A stretch of DNA of 64,000 nucleotides from Heptranchias perlo (Eukaryota): positions 2,418,001 through 2,482,000 of the forward strand of contig NW_027139559.1 in assembly GCF_035084215.1 (NCBI RefSeq). Reading direction: 5' to 3'. How positions within the stretch are numbered: the first letter of the stretch is position 1; every line of letters starts with the position of its first letter. A program made the translations under genes and the position numbers. The notes below the pieces were generated by a model. The model made no database searches and was not told where the DNA came from. It saw only the letters and a list, made by a program, of their open reading frames with translations. Below are positions 13,347-25,837 of this stretch, piece by piece.

Positions 13347-13482
13347 TGCAGTGTCCACCAGCGGAGGGCGACATTTCCTCCTTACTGGAACCACTGAATC
13401 GTGCAGTATCCACCAGTGGAGGGCGACATTTCCACCTTATTGGAACCATTGCACCGTGCAGTATCCACCAGCGGAGGGCGAG
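13347..13482 (+). promoter_or_regulatory. Three tandem CTCF-like sites (upstream TGCAG motif plus core), 55-bp period
   Basis: TGCAGTRTCCA-CCAGYGGAGGGCGA at 13347, 13402 and 13457. The core matches CCASYAGRKGGCRS at 12/14, and the upstream TGCAG motif has typical spacing. Confidence 0.6.
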
Positions 13483-13699
13483 ATTTGTCTATAATTGTAA
13501 CCCTCGCATCAGTGAGCAACTTGGACCTTTAAAGTTAAAAAAACAAGCAAAACAGCATCCTGTGGAATTATTGTCACTGGGATATATGCCATCAGTTTTC
13601 TATACTATCATTTCTTGTATTTTGTAAAAGATTGACTGCAATCTGTAGTTTTTGGTCATTATACAAATATGCTTGAATAAAGTATACACTTTAGCGAAT

Positions 13700-14260
13700 A
13701 TCGTCAACACAGTTTAATAATGCCCTGATTTATCAAGTGTATCAGACGACACAGAGTGGATTCTCGGGGGATGGGACAGAATATGGGAAGAATTGAAATA
13801 TGACGATGGATCATGAGGGATACAAGGAAGTAGTGGAGATGGCTTATCTGTGATCGAGACAATGGGAATAGAGATGCCACATAAGATGACAAGTTCAAGC
13901 ATGTTGCCGTGATTATGGGCAGCAGAATTTATATGGAGGGAGAGGTTAAGGGAGGATAGGACCACAGTGAATTCAGAGGAGACAGTGCAAGGTCAGTGAT
14001 TGAAATTTCCTCCTGAACTTATAGCCTGGTTGTAAATTGAAGAAAATGAAGGAGACAGTCTGAGAGAGTCCAAAGTGGATGTCTGAGTCCTGTGGTGAGA
14101 AGAATTTAAGCTGTAGACCAGGTGGAGACAGCTTGAAACATCGATATTGAATGTCCCGCTTCGGGACAGTATGGGATAGGAAGTGATCGCAGGGAGTGTT
14201 CGACGGGCAGAATATCATTGGGCGTACAGCTGGAAGTTAGCAGGAAAGGTAAAAGTGTCT
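13700..14260 (-). mobile_element. Old L2-type LINE endonuclease-region fragment
   Basis: Antisense translation LSSLNLSLHINS..HNHGNMLELVI resembles the APE domain THxxGxxLDLV motif; heavily decayed. Confidence 0.5.
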
Positions 14261-14801
14261 GTTCCTTTAACTGGCGACCGCACAGTAACAGAGGACGCAC
14301 GATCCCTTTAAGAGCCGACCCTGCCTCGCTTCATTTTCTTGTGTCAAAAGTTAATAATAAAACTCTTGAAAATCCAACACATTTACTGATAAATGCTAAA
14401 ATATTCCTGCTCACCACATAGTTGTCTTTTTCATTTGATTTTAAATACTTCGTTCTTGTTTAATAAATAATATTTTGAAATATAATCCTTCATTAAACGA
14501 TAAATCAATAAACATCCCCGGCCCGCCTCCTTCAGTGTTTAAGACAAAGAGGCACTGGGTTTGGAACTGCCGCACTGTCCAGCAAAAGTCCCGCCCCCTC
14601 CCGACTGCTAGTGGACGATGAACAGGCTATCGGCCTCCAGCTCAACTCCGCGATTATTATTGGTGATGAAATAATGTCAATCATCTACACCCGCCAAGTT
14701 TGATTGATAGGCGGTCTGGGGGGAACTGTACGTCCAGAACAAAATTCCGGCCAGGTAACAGAATCGGAAACAATTGAAGTTTCACATTATCGGTTGAAAT
14801 A

Positions 14802-15258
14802 AAAGGCTCAGGGCGGTGCGTCGCTCCGGGCCTCAGGTTTCTGAAAGGGCTCAGGGCGGGGGTCGCTCCGGGCCTCAGGTTTCTGAAAGGGCTCAGGGCG
14901 GTGCGTCGCTCCGGGCCTCAGTTTTCTGAAAGGGCTCAGGGCGGTGCGTCGCTCCGGGTCTCAGGTTTCTGAAAGGGCTCAGGGCGGTGCGTCGCTCCGG
15001 GTCTTAGGTTTCTGAAAGGGCTCAGAGCGGGGGTCGCTCCGGGTCTTAGGTTTCTGAAAGGGCTCAGGGCGGCGGGTCGCTCCGGGCCTCAGATTTCTCA
15101 AAGGGCTCAGGGCGGTGCGTCGCTCCGGGCCTCAGGTTTCTGAAAGGGCTCAGGGCGGTGCGTCGCTCCGGGCCTCCGGTTTCTGAAAGGGCTCAGGGCG
15201 GCGGGTCGCTCCGGGTCTTAGGTTTCTGAAAGGGGACAGGGCAGCGGTTTGGCTCCGG
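14802..15258. repeat. CpG-rich 42-43-bp minisatellite (~10 units)
   Basis: Unit GGCTCAGGGCGGTGCGTCGCTCCGGGCCTCAGGTTTCTGAAAG repeated in tandem. Confidence 0.95.
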
Positions 15259-15459
15259 AAATCCGTTTAATTTTTAGTGTTAAATAAAAACAGAAAACTC
15301 TGCAAACACTCAGCAGGTATGTTTAGTGACGCCTCATCACTCGGCGCTGAAAGCCAGCTTCTCTCCACCGTAAATTTCAAATCATCATTGGGGATCTCAA
15401 TGGCGGGTGCTAGTCCCCAGAGTGATCGGGAGAAGGAATACGGCCGATTCACAGCAGTG

Positions 15460-15875
15460 GATCCTAGCGCGCATGCGCGGTAGAGGTTTGCTTTCGGGTG
15501 CATTGTTGCAACTGGGGTGGGGGGCGGGGGGTGAAGAGACAGAGCGGGGACGGAGATCGATACAAACTACGGAGAGTGGACGCAGAGAGCGAGAGTCGTG
15601 GATCAATGCACACCCCGGAGGGTGGAGATCGAGAGCGAGGGCCGGGTATAAATGCAAACCCCGGTGCGGAGTGGAAACAGAGGCTTCGGAAACCCGACAG
15701 TGGGTCTGAGGACCCAGAGCGCACGGAACCTGTGCGTGTCCAGAGGGCGGCATCTGCGAGGATCTCTCCCCAGTGATGCCTCCGGTTCACCAGCGGACCA
15801 GCCGCCATCTTGGAAGAGGAAGTTGGGAAAGATTCAGCGAACAGCACGGCGCATGCGAGGCCATCTTGTGACAGG
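15460..15875 (+). promoter_or_regulatory. CpG-island promoter / first-exon region of zinc-finger copy 2, with NRF1- and YY1-type motifs
   Basis: GCGCATGCGC (NRF1) at 15469-15478 and GCCGCCATCTTG (YY1) at 15801-15812; a second GCGCATGCG/GCCATCTTG pair at ~15849-15870. CpG-dense and upstream of the ZNF exon. Confidence 0.55.
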
Positions 15876-16400
15876 AAAAAGTAGTGGGCGCGGCTTCAGG
15901 GTCCCAGTGACGCGGCACAAAGAGTGGGCGGGGATTCAGGGTCCCCATGATAGGGCACAAAGAGTGAGCGTGACTGTGGAGTCCCAGTGACCGGGAAGAA
16001 AGCGTGGGCGTTGGTTCAGTGTCCGAATGATTAGGAACAAATAATAGGCGGGGCTTGAGGGTCCCATGTAAGAGGAACAAAGAGTGGGCGAAGCCTCAGG
16101 TTCCCAGTGAACTGGAACAACGAATGGACGAGGCTTCAGGGTTTCAGTGACCGGCAACAAATTGTGGGCGGGGCTTCAGGGTTCCAGTGAGCAGGAAAAA
16201 AATGGTGCGCGGGGCTTCTGGGTCCAAGTGAACAGGAACAAATAGTGGGCGTGGCTTCAGGATCCCAGGGACCTGGATCAAAGAGTGGTCGAGGCTGCAG
16301 GGTCTCAGTGACCAGGAACAACGAGTGGGCGGGGTTTCAAGGTCCCCGTGACCAGGAACAAATAGTGGGCGGGGCTTCAGGCTTCCAGTAACCTGGAAAG
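15870..16400. repeat. ~40-bp minisatellite (~13 units)
   Basis: Unit ACAAAGAGTGGGCGGGGCTTCAGGGTCCCAGTGACCAGGA, degenerate tandem copies containing GC-box-like GGGCGG. Confidence 0.85.
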
Positions 16401-16666
16401 AACACCATTCACCCATTTATTTTGTTCTCACTCTGCACACAGTGGGTGTAGAACTGAACCCAACCAGAGTAGAGGGAGGGAGGAAACTGGGAGTGGAGGA
16501 AATGAATGTTGGAGATGTTGCAATAGGTTTGGGTTTTAACACAGGGAGGGGGAAGGAGTGTGTGCGACGGGGATTTACAGCTTCAGGGGAGAAGGAGAGG
16601 AAAAATGTTCCATAAAAACTAGAATTCTGTGTTCTGAATTCCTATCTTGTATTTAGAGTGATGACA

Positions 16667-17236
16667 GGGTATTAGAAGGGAACGATTTGCAGACGGGAAA
16701 CTTAAACCAAACATCACCTCAAGATCTGACAGAGCCGCTCGATTCATCAGGACCTGAATATCAGCGGCCTTTCAATATGGAAGGATAAATGTTTGTCTGT
16801 TCTGTCTGTGGGAAAAGATTTCGAACATCAGTGTGACTGGAAAATCGAGAAACACAGACACAGCCTGGAAAAAAGCATCGCACCATTCACAGCGGGGAGA
16901 AACCGTACACGTGTTCCATGTGTGGACAAGGCTTCAACTGATCATCCAACCTGGAGAGACACAGGGACACTCGGACTACGGAGAAACCGTGGAAATATGA
17001 GGTCTGCGGGAAGGGATTCAATTAATCATGTGAGCTGGAAACTCATCATCAGCCGACTTCAAACTGGGGAGATGCTGCTCACCTGCTCCGTGTATGAGAA
17101 GCGATTCACTCAGTCATCCCACCTGGTGAAACACCAGCGAGTTCAAACTGGGGAGAGGGTGCTCACCTGCTCCGTGTGTGGGAAGAGATTTACTCAGTCA
17201 TCCCACCTCACTGCACACCGGCGAGTTCACATGTGA
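16667..17236 (+). pseudogene. C2H2 zinc-finger pseudogene, copy 2
   Basis: Paralogous to copy 1 (same GGTATTAGAAGGG...TTTGCAGACGGGAAAC exon start and upstream intron). Terminal fingers [27 protein letters not shown] and [23 protein letters not shown]. Stops at 16834 and 16939 plus frameshifts. Confidence 0.85.
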
Positions 17237-17799
17237 CTGCAGGGGTTGGATTCTAATGTTATTGTTGCTGTCAATCACATCTCGGATTGAATCATGTGCT
17301 TTTTCGCAGTTGGGCTTTGTATCTCCTGATGTTAATAAAACCAGTAACTGGGCTAGAGTTTAATATTTTGTTATCTGTCAAATAAATCAGCTTTGCGTCA
17401 AACACACAGTGTGCCGAGTCATTAATCTCTCCGGGATAAGAGGAGAATATTTGATGTCCTGTTACTCATTTCTTTATATTGAGAAGTGCAATAGTTCCAA
17501 CACCACTCTCTGTTTTCTGGCCTTTACCCAACTTCCTATCCATGTTGTTGTGACCTGGAATGCACTCCCTGAAAGGTGGTGGAAGCAGATTCAATAGTTA
17601 CTTTCAATATGGAATTGGATAGGCTGAATTTGCAGGGTAATGTGGTAAGTGCAGGAAAGTGGGACTAATTTGCTCGCTCTTTCAATGAGCCAGCACAGAC
17701 ACGATGGGCTGAATGTCCTCCTTCCGTGCTGCAACGTTTCTATGATATTTTCTATGATTCTATGATTCTATCTGCGATCTTTCTTCTCGTGCCTCTGTG

Positions 17800-20700
17800 T
17801 TGTACCTTGGCACTTTTCACTCGAGTGCCTCTGGTTGCTCAAGTTCGAGCTTAGTGTCACTGTGGGGATACGGGGGGCTGAGAATTTCCTGGATCGCACG
17901 TTCCAGGAGGTGGTCACCCCACAGCCACAGAGAGTTCAGGAGAATAGTAAGTGGGTGGCCATCTGACAGGGTAGTAAGAGGCAGACTGTTCAGGCGCTCA
18001 CTAACCGGTTTCAGTGCTCAATACCAGTGAGGATGACGCTAGCTCGGGGGAATGCAATGGAGAGCACATCCACCGGACCGCGGAGCAAAGGACTACACAG
18101 GGTGTCACAACCAAATATAGAAATGCACACAAATGATAGGTGCTTGATAGTCAGGGGGATAGTCAGGCTTGTCTGCAACCGCCGGCGTGAGTCCCGCATG
18201 GTGTGCTGTCTCCCTGGTCCCAGGATAAAGGACATCACGGAGAGGGGGCAGTAGATTTTGCGTGGGGGATGGGGTAAAGCCAGAAGTCGTGGTCCATTTT
18301 GGAACCAATGATATAGGAAAGAAAAGGGTTGAATTCAAACAGACAGAGTTTCTGGAGCTAGGGAGGAAGTTAAAGAGCAGGACCTCAAATGTGATAATCC
18401 CTGGATTGTTCCCACGTGCTGATAAGCATAGGAATAGTAGGATAAGACAGGTTAATGTATGACTTGAACAATGGTGAAGCAGGGAAGGCTTCAGATTCCT
18501 GGGGCATTGGGACCAGTTCTGGGACAAGGGAGATCTGTTCAAGATGGACGTGTTGCACCTCAACAGAGCTCGGACCAATGTCCTCGCGGAGAGTTTAACT
18601 GGTGCTGTGGGTGAGAATTTAAACTAAATTGGCAGGAGGAGGGGTACAACGATAAAAGAATTAGAGAGGAGAAACAATGTGCACAGAGGACTGGGAAAGA
18701 CAAACAGCATTAGCATAAAGAGTAGTTCAGAAATTGGAGGGACGATACAGGGAGTAATGTGAGGCCGACTAAGATGAGTTTGGAGTGCATGTGCGTAAAT
18801 GCACGGAGCATGGTAAATGCGGTTCGGAAGCTGCAGACACATATTACCACGTGGGATTATGATATATTTGCAATAACGGAGACCTGGCTCATACATATCA
18901 ACTTAATATTCCTGGCTAAAGGGTATTCAGGACAGGTAGGGAAGGAAGATTAGGAGAGGGGGTGAGCGGGGCATGATTGATAGAAGATACTGTTACAGAA
19001 CTGGAAATGGATGATATAGCAGAGGGTTCAAAGACAGAATCTACTTGGTTAAAATTAAGGAACAATAGAGAAGCCATTATGATCCTCGGTGAACACTACA
19101 GGCCATCAAATAGTGGGAAGGAGATAGAGGAGCAAATTTGCAGGCAAATTACAGAAAGGTGCAAGATGTATAGAGTAGTAATAATGGGAGACTTCAATTA
19201 TCCCAATATAGATTTGGAAAATAAGAGTGTAAAGGGAAAAATGGGGGAGCAATTTCTGAAATGTGCACAATAGAACTTTCTTGATTAGTATGAAGCAGTG
19301 CTGGATCTAGTTCTGGGGAAGGAATTGGGGCAAATGGCGCATGTTTCAGTTTGGGAGGATTTGGGAAACAGTGATCATAATATTATTTGGTACTTATGGA
19401 AAAGGACAACGAACAAATGTGAAAATACTCAACTGGAGGAGAACTCATTTAAGCGAGTTGAAAGGGGACTAGACACGTTCCCACTAGGGGGAATGGGACA
19501 GCATCTGAAGCTAGAAATAGATGATTAAGGATATAGTGACTAAAACGAAACAGAAAATGGTGGCTGATGATAAATGTTAGGCTCATAATAAAGTAGAGAA
19601 TCAAGCTGAATACAAGAAGTACAGAGGAGAACTGAAAAAGGAAATCAGACGGCCAAAGAGTGTGTATGAGAATAGATCAGCGGGTAACATAAAAGGGAAC
19701 CCAAACGTTTATTGTAAACATGTAATTAGTAAATGGATAGTCAAAGGAAGGGTGGTGGCGATTAGGGACGAAGAAGGAGATTTTCTTGAGCAGGATAAAA
19801 ATAGATAATGAGGAGGTGCTTAAAAGGTTGGCAGCGCTCAAAGTAGAAAAGTCACCCGGTCCAGATGGGATGCATCCTAAGTTGCTGAGGGAAGTAAGGG
19901 TGCGAGTTGCGGATGCTCTGGCCGCAATCTTCCAATCCTCCATAGTTATGAAGGCGGTGCAAGTGGATTTAAGGATTGCAAATGTTACACCTCTGTTCAA
20001 AAAAGGGGAGATGGATAAATCTGACAACGACAGACCAGTCAGCCGAACGTCGGTAGTGGGGAAACTTTCAGAGACAATAATTGGAGAAAAAATTAATTGT
20101 CATTTGGAAAAACTATGGGCGAATAAATGACGGCCACTATGGATTAGTTGAAGGAAAATCGTATTTGACTAACTTGATGGAGTTCTTTGATGAATTAACG
20201 GAAAGGGATGAGGAAGGTCGTACAGTTTATGTTTTCTATATGAACTTTCAAAAGACATTTGATAAAGTGCCACGTTATAGACCTGTTAGCAAAATTAAAC
20301 CCATTGGATCAGAAGGGCAGTGGCAGCATGGATACGAAATTGGCCAAGGGACAGAAAGCAGAGAGTAGTGGTTAACGATAGTTTTTCAGACTGCAGGGAA
20401 ATATACAGTGGTGTTCCCCATCGGTCAGTATTATGATTATTGCAGATTTGATATATATTGATGACCTGCACTTGGGTATAAAGGATATAATTTCAAAGTT
20501 TGCAGATGACACAAAACTAGGAAATGAAGTAAACAGTGAGGAGGATAGTACAGACTTCAAGAGGACATTGATAAAAAGGGTTAAATGGGCAGACACATGG
20601 CAGATGAAATCTAACACAGAGAAATGTGAGGTGATGCATTTTGGTAGGAAGAATGAGAAGAGTTAATATATATTTTTTTATTCGTTCATGGAATGTGGGC

Positions 20701-20995
20701 ATCGCTGACAAGGCCAGCATTGATTGCCCATCCCTAATTGCCCTCGAGAAGGTGGTGGTGACCCGCCTTCTTGAACTGCTGCAGTCCATGTGGTGAAGGT
20801 TCTCCCACAGTGCTGTTAGGTAGGGTGTTCCAGGATTTTGGCCCAGCGACGATGAAGGAACGGTGATATATTTCCAAGTCGGGATGGTGTGTGACTTGCT
20901 ACAAATTGTGCAATTTTAAAGGGGGTGCAGGAACATCGAGACCTGGGGTGTACGTATACAAATATTTGAAGGTGACAGGGCAAGTTGAAAAGGAT
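17800..20995 (+). mobile_element. Old, long CR1 LINE with ORF1 esterase remnant and ORF2 EN/RT remnants
   Basis: SGNH-esterase-like VVVHFGTND and MDVLHLN (~18290-18565), then NARS, AITETWL, YRPSNS, MGDFNYP, KSPGPDGMHP and SKFADDTKLG. Many stops. Interrupted at ~20672-20898 by a poly(A) LINE 3' end. Confidence 0.85.
20672..20898 (-). mobile_element. Short 3' end of the poly(A) LINE family seen at 41-1898
   Basis: Near-identical to positions ~41-270 (TTTTTTATTCGTTCA...GCCCATCCCTAATTGCCCTCGAGAAGGTGGTGGTG). Confidence 0.9.
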
Positions 20996-22484
20996 GCGCA
21001 GTCAATGGGTCTCCGCATCCCTGCCATATTACCATTCCAGCTCCCCAATGCAAAGCAGTCACAGAGCAATGTGGCCCAAGAACCATCCAAACATTCTAAA
21101 CTCATATTTATTAGAGACACCAACCTGTTCCTGCGGCGTTAGTATGTTTAAATCTTGAAAGAAGCGGTGTTGAAGTGCAAACTCCTGGCGAGACATCTGA
21201 AGGCTGCGTTTTGACAAACCAAGGCCAGACCGTGTAGGAGTTGGCCGGTTCCGATCTCTGAAGGGAAATAGTGAATCAATTGGATTTTAGTTATAATACA
21301 GTAGTAGGACGGGCCTGAATCTCCTCAATTTAAAACATCAATTAATTTATCTCAAAGCTCGTCTGACTCTGTAATATGAGGTTGTGATATTACTGTCATA
21401 GTATATTGTTAACGTGGGCAACTTTAACTTTCAGTTAACATCCTGCTCCAATTCCTAGGCCTGTTTTCCCACAGACGAAATTCTCTGTTTTTTTTCCGAA
21501 CGTTGACTCCATCAGTTCTGAAAGCGAGTCTGCCCCGCACGGCTCCAACGGCGACATGTATTCTGTCTATTCTCAGTGTGAGTGAGTTAAGCATTGGCAC
21601 TCGGGAGTCTAAATCCATTAGTTCACATCACCCTTCTTTACCAGTTACATTGAGTCAAATGTCAGGAACCCTTGCTTGTATGACGCATGAGACCAATTAT
21701 ATTCTCAGGCCTCAGCAACCGTACCAACGCCACCTCATTAATCCAGTCCGGTATGGTATTGTTCCGTTGCATTTTATGAGCAGTTAGGAAATGTCCCCTT
21801 TCATGAGAAGGTCTTCGTGTTTCCGAAAAGCTCTTTTATCTTCCAATGAAGACTGGTTGTGACCAGTCAGTAGAACTCGAACATTCAAGTGAGAAACTAC
21901 GGAGGATCAAGGCACTTTATGAAATTGGACACTTAATCTAACTGGACACACTGGCGCAGTACTGAGAAAGTGCTGCATTGCCACAGCGCTTTGTGATCAG
22001 ACGTTAAACCGAGGCCCAGTAAAAGGTGGAGAGACAATTTCCCATGGGAGAAGATTAGAGATTTATCCACACGACTGAAACAGAACAGTTGGTCATTCCT
22101 CTTAAAGTCTACTTCATTAAAGCAACAGATAATATAGAAATTTATAAAGTGGTCACATGGAAGTGTCCGTGTGTCGCCCTCAGTGATACGGGGGCCAGTT
22201 CCCCAAGGGAACAAAGTACTCACATGATTCTCTGAGGAGCTTATAACATCTGTAACAATTCTATCCTAATCCTAATACATTCTCAGTGATACTTTTCGTG
22301 CTGATCTATAGCCTGGAGATTACAGTTAGCTATATATTTACATAGACTATATCATTCAAAAGTTTTCAGTTGAAGGACATCGTTTCATACAGAAAATATG
22401 CAATCCTATATGGCCCATAATATTTGCAGGTAGATGCAGTGGGATTGGATTGATATATAGTTAAAGAGTTCGAAATATTAGAGT

Positions 22485-22950
22485 GAGAGGCGCTCGGTGA
22501 AGGGCTGGGAGTGTACTGAAGAGTTAATTGTTTCTGGGAAGGGGGATGTGAGTGATTGGGACAAATTTGTTCAGTAGCATGACCTGATGAATGTGCTGCG
22601 GGGCGCTCGGTGATGGGCTGGGAGTGTACTGATATGTTAAGGGTTGTTTGGAGGTGGGATGTGAGGAGCTGGAACATATTGGGTGAGCGGCAGGACCTAA
22701 GCAATGTCCTACAGGGCGCTCGGTGATGGGCTGGGAGTGTACCGATATGTTAAGGGTTGTTTGGAGGTGGGATGTGAGGAGCTGGAACATATTGGGTGAG
22801 CGGCAGGACCTAAGCAATGTCCTACAGGGCGCTCGGTGATGGGCTGGGAGTGTACCGATAAGTTAAGGGTTGGATGGAGGTTGGATGTGAGGGGCTGGAT
22901 CAGATTGGGTCAGCAGCGGGAACTGATCAATGTCCTACAGGGCGCCGAGC
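22485..22950. repeat. ~113-bp tandem repeat (~4 units)
   Basis: GGGCGCTCGGTGATGGGCTGGGAGTGTAC...GGACCTAAGCAATGTCCTACA recurs at ~22489, 22602, 22714 and 22827. Confidence 0.9.
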
Positions 22951-23384
22951 AAATACAACGATATTACTGCCAAAAACACCACCATCACTCCGAATGCCAT
23001 TTCCTTCATTCTCAACATTCTGTGAAATATAAACAGCCCATTTATTGAATAAAGTGTCTCTTCCCCGGTAGCTCTCATTTGTTTATTACCAGGTAGCCTT
23101 TTCAGTTCTCATAACCCTGTACCAGTGGACATTTTGTCCTTTTCAAACAACACTATACGCTGCCACCAGCAATGATTTGATTGTCGAAAACAAATATTTC
23201 AGTTAATCAGTAATGTTTCCACACTTGAAAAGGGACACTGAGGCTTTAAAGCATTGATCATTTGTGAAAGTCCTTCATAGAACAGCTCGGTACACAAAGG
23301 AAGCAAGCCAGTTTCTTCAAACAGCGACTCCATGGTGGATATTACTGACTGTTAACACTCGACACCAAGTACTGGCAGCAAAGT

Positions 23385-23836
23385 GTCAGCCGTGACTCTC
23401 TCACCCCTGGGGCAGAAGGTCATGGGTTTACTCCCTACTCCAGAGACTTGAGCTAAATCCCCAGGCTCACCCTACCATGCAGTACTGAGGGAGCGCTGCA
23501 CCGTCAGACGTGCCGCCTTTCAAATGTGACGTTAAATCGAGGCCCCATCTGCCCTCTCAGGTGGACGTCAAAGATCCCAAAGCATTATTTCGAAGAAGAG
23601 CAGTGGAGCTCCCCGCCGTGTCCTGACAAATATTTTTCCCTCAACCAGCATCACTAACACAGATGACCTGGTCATTATCACATTGCTGTTTGTGGGATCT
23701 TGCTGTGCGCAAGTTAGCTGCCGCATTTCCGACATTACAACAGTGGCTACACTTGAAAAGAAGTATTTCATTGTCTGTAAAACGCTTTGGGTCGCCCTGA
23801 GGTCGTGAACAGCGCTATATAAATGCAAATCTTTCC
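23385..23836 (+). mobile_element. tRNA-derived Deu-domain SINE (SacSINE1-like)
   Basis: Decayed tRNA-like head, CAGTACTGAGGGAG.GCTGCA body, Deu-like core CATTGCTGTTTGTGGGATCTTGCTGTGCGC, and L2-like tail GCGCTATATAAATGCAA. Fragments also at ~21940-22110 and ~25595-25700(-). Confidence 0.7.
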
Positions 23837-25837
23837 TTAGACGCTTTTCAATAATCTTTAGCACATGCCTGACAGCATTGATATCATACCAATAGCATTT
23901 GCATTATTGTCAAAACCAATCACCGCACCAATAAGCATTCATTTTCATACCCTTTAGAATTTAACCCTTTTAGAGAGCACTAATCTATCCCTGAGATCAA
24001 TGCAATAAAAGCAAAGACTGTAATCCATATGAATCAGGATTAATCCCATTCATAACTTTCCTGGCGCATTCCATTCATGCCTGCTCCTAACATTGCCGAT
24101 ATTTATACCAACATTCTCTAAACTATCTCCTCAGTCTCTCACAATATTGTTTGTTCCATTTATCGATTTTGCCATTATTAGCCATATGGACCTTCCTGCA
24201 GATTTCAGACTTGATATCATTATATTGCACCTTTCGCTGTTTCCTGATCATCTCAATCCACCCCCTTCAAGTTTACATGGTTCAGAAGAAATACGACCAG
24301 GTCTGTCAATGTTGGTTGCAGCTGTTCAACACGGGCGGGTTCGCCCCGAATTTACATAATGACTTATGTTTTCATGTCGGTAGGAAATCAGAACTAAGAA
24401 GTCTGTCACAAGTGTTGCCTCACCTAAAAAGGCCATTTACTGATTCAATTTGTAAACTAATCGATTAAGCTGAAGTGAGATCACTCGATGGACAGACAGC
24501 AGGAGTTGTTAATATGTGACCTCACCTGTGTGCCGTTAAGTACAAACCCTTATTTCGGATCGAACCTTTAGGCTGTAAACCTTGTAATTTTGGTGCACAA
24601 CAGCACACAGCTCGCAGAATGCAGGTCACTGGCCCATAACTGAGCACAGGTCCCATACTATTCATCTGTAGCGTCTCGGTAGCTTGTGATCTACAACCGA
24701 ATAAAACAAGAACTGGTGCCAAGAAGCATTTCAAATGTTGGGTCGTGGCTCTGCTGTGCGATTTGTTGGCAATGTTTTGACCTATTTTCCAAGGTGACAA
24801 ATATTTTATCAATCATCAGTCTGTGCTTCCCATCAATAAAACTGATCGATCCACTTTTAGACAATTGCTGAATAACATCGAATCGGTTTAGCTCCGAAAT
24901 ATATGATGCACTTTTCTCAATCATTCTCCACGAAGTAATTGCAGACCCGAGCTGTTTAACAGACGGTTATACGAACTTATCGCTGAAATTATTTGCTCTT
25001 AAACATCTACTCGCTTTAAGAACAAATCCTGGTTGAAAAGTTTTGAGAGGAACTGAAACAGCAGGATTTGGGCCCGGATCTCGCCGTCTCAGCCATAACT
25101 TGGAATGTATATCTTCCAAACAGCTTAAAGCCCACTTACTTTAAACCTCGTGATAAGGAGAGAGAATGGAATAGCTTTAGATAAATGACATAATCTTATT
25201 CCGTGTGTATCGCAAGCCGATTGTAATTTAATAAGTTGAGGAGTTTGAAATGGACGGTGATTGATGCGAGGAACAGATTATTAATTGATGATGTGAAAGT
25301 GGGGACGTAATGGTGATAACACACGACGAACGAGTCAGTTCCTTGTTTTAGTTCCCTTACGATACGAAAAATACAGGTTATAAGTGGCACCGGGGCGAAC
25401 CCCGCCTGTGTGTTGCGGTGAAAGCCGTCAAAATTAATTGGCTGAAATGAAGTCAGTATTTACTTATTAAAACCATTAGGATTGAACGTACATCGATACT
25501 ATTGATGGATTGATTTGTTTTATTGTGTTATATTATAAAAATATAAATGCATTAGCACATGTGTGAATGGAGAAATAAACCTCACTGTCCGGAGAAGAAG
25601 GAACATGCATTTCTATAGCGCCTTTCACGGCCACATGTCTTCCCAAAGTGATTCACAGCCAATGAAGTACTTTCTGAAATGTAGTCATTGTTGTGTAAGG
25701 AACATGTGGATGTTTATACTGCTCAAATCTCAACATTCCGGTTAAGAGACTACGTGGTGATTCAGTTGGACAGGCATTCCTTGATTTACATTGACGGAGG
25801 AACATTCAGATATCAAAAGTGTTCAGTGCAACTTAGA

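Noticed and set aside
23823-23830. ATGCAAAT octamer far upstream of IgNAR
   Set aside because: Part of the standard SINE 3' tail (TATAAATGCAA), so not evidence of a regulatory site.
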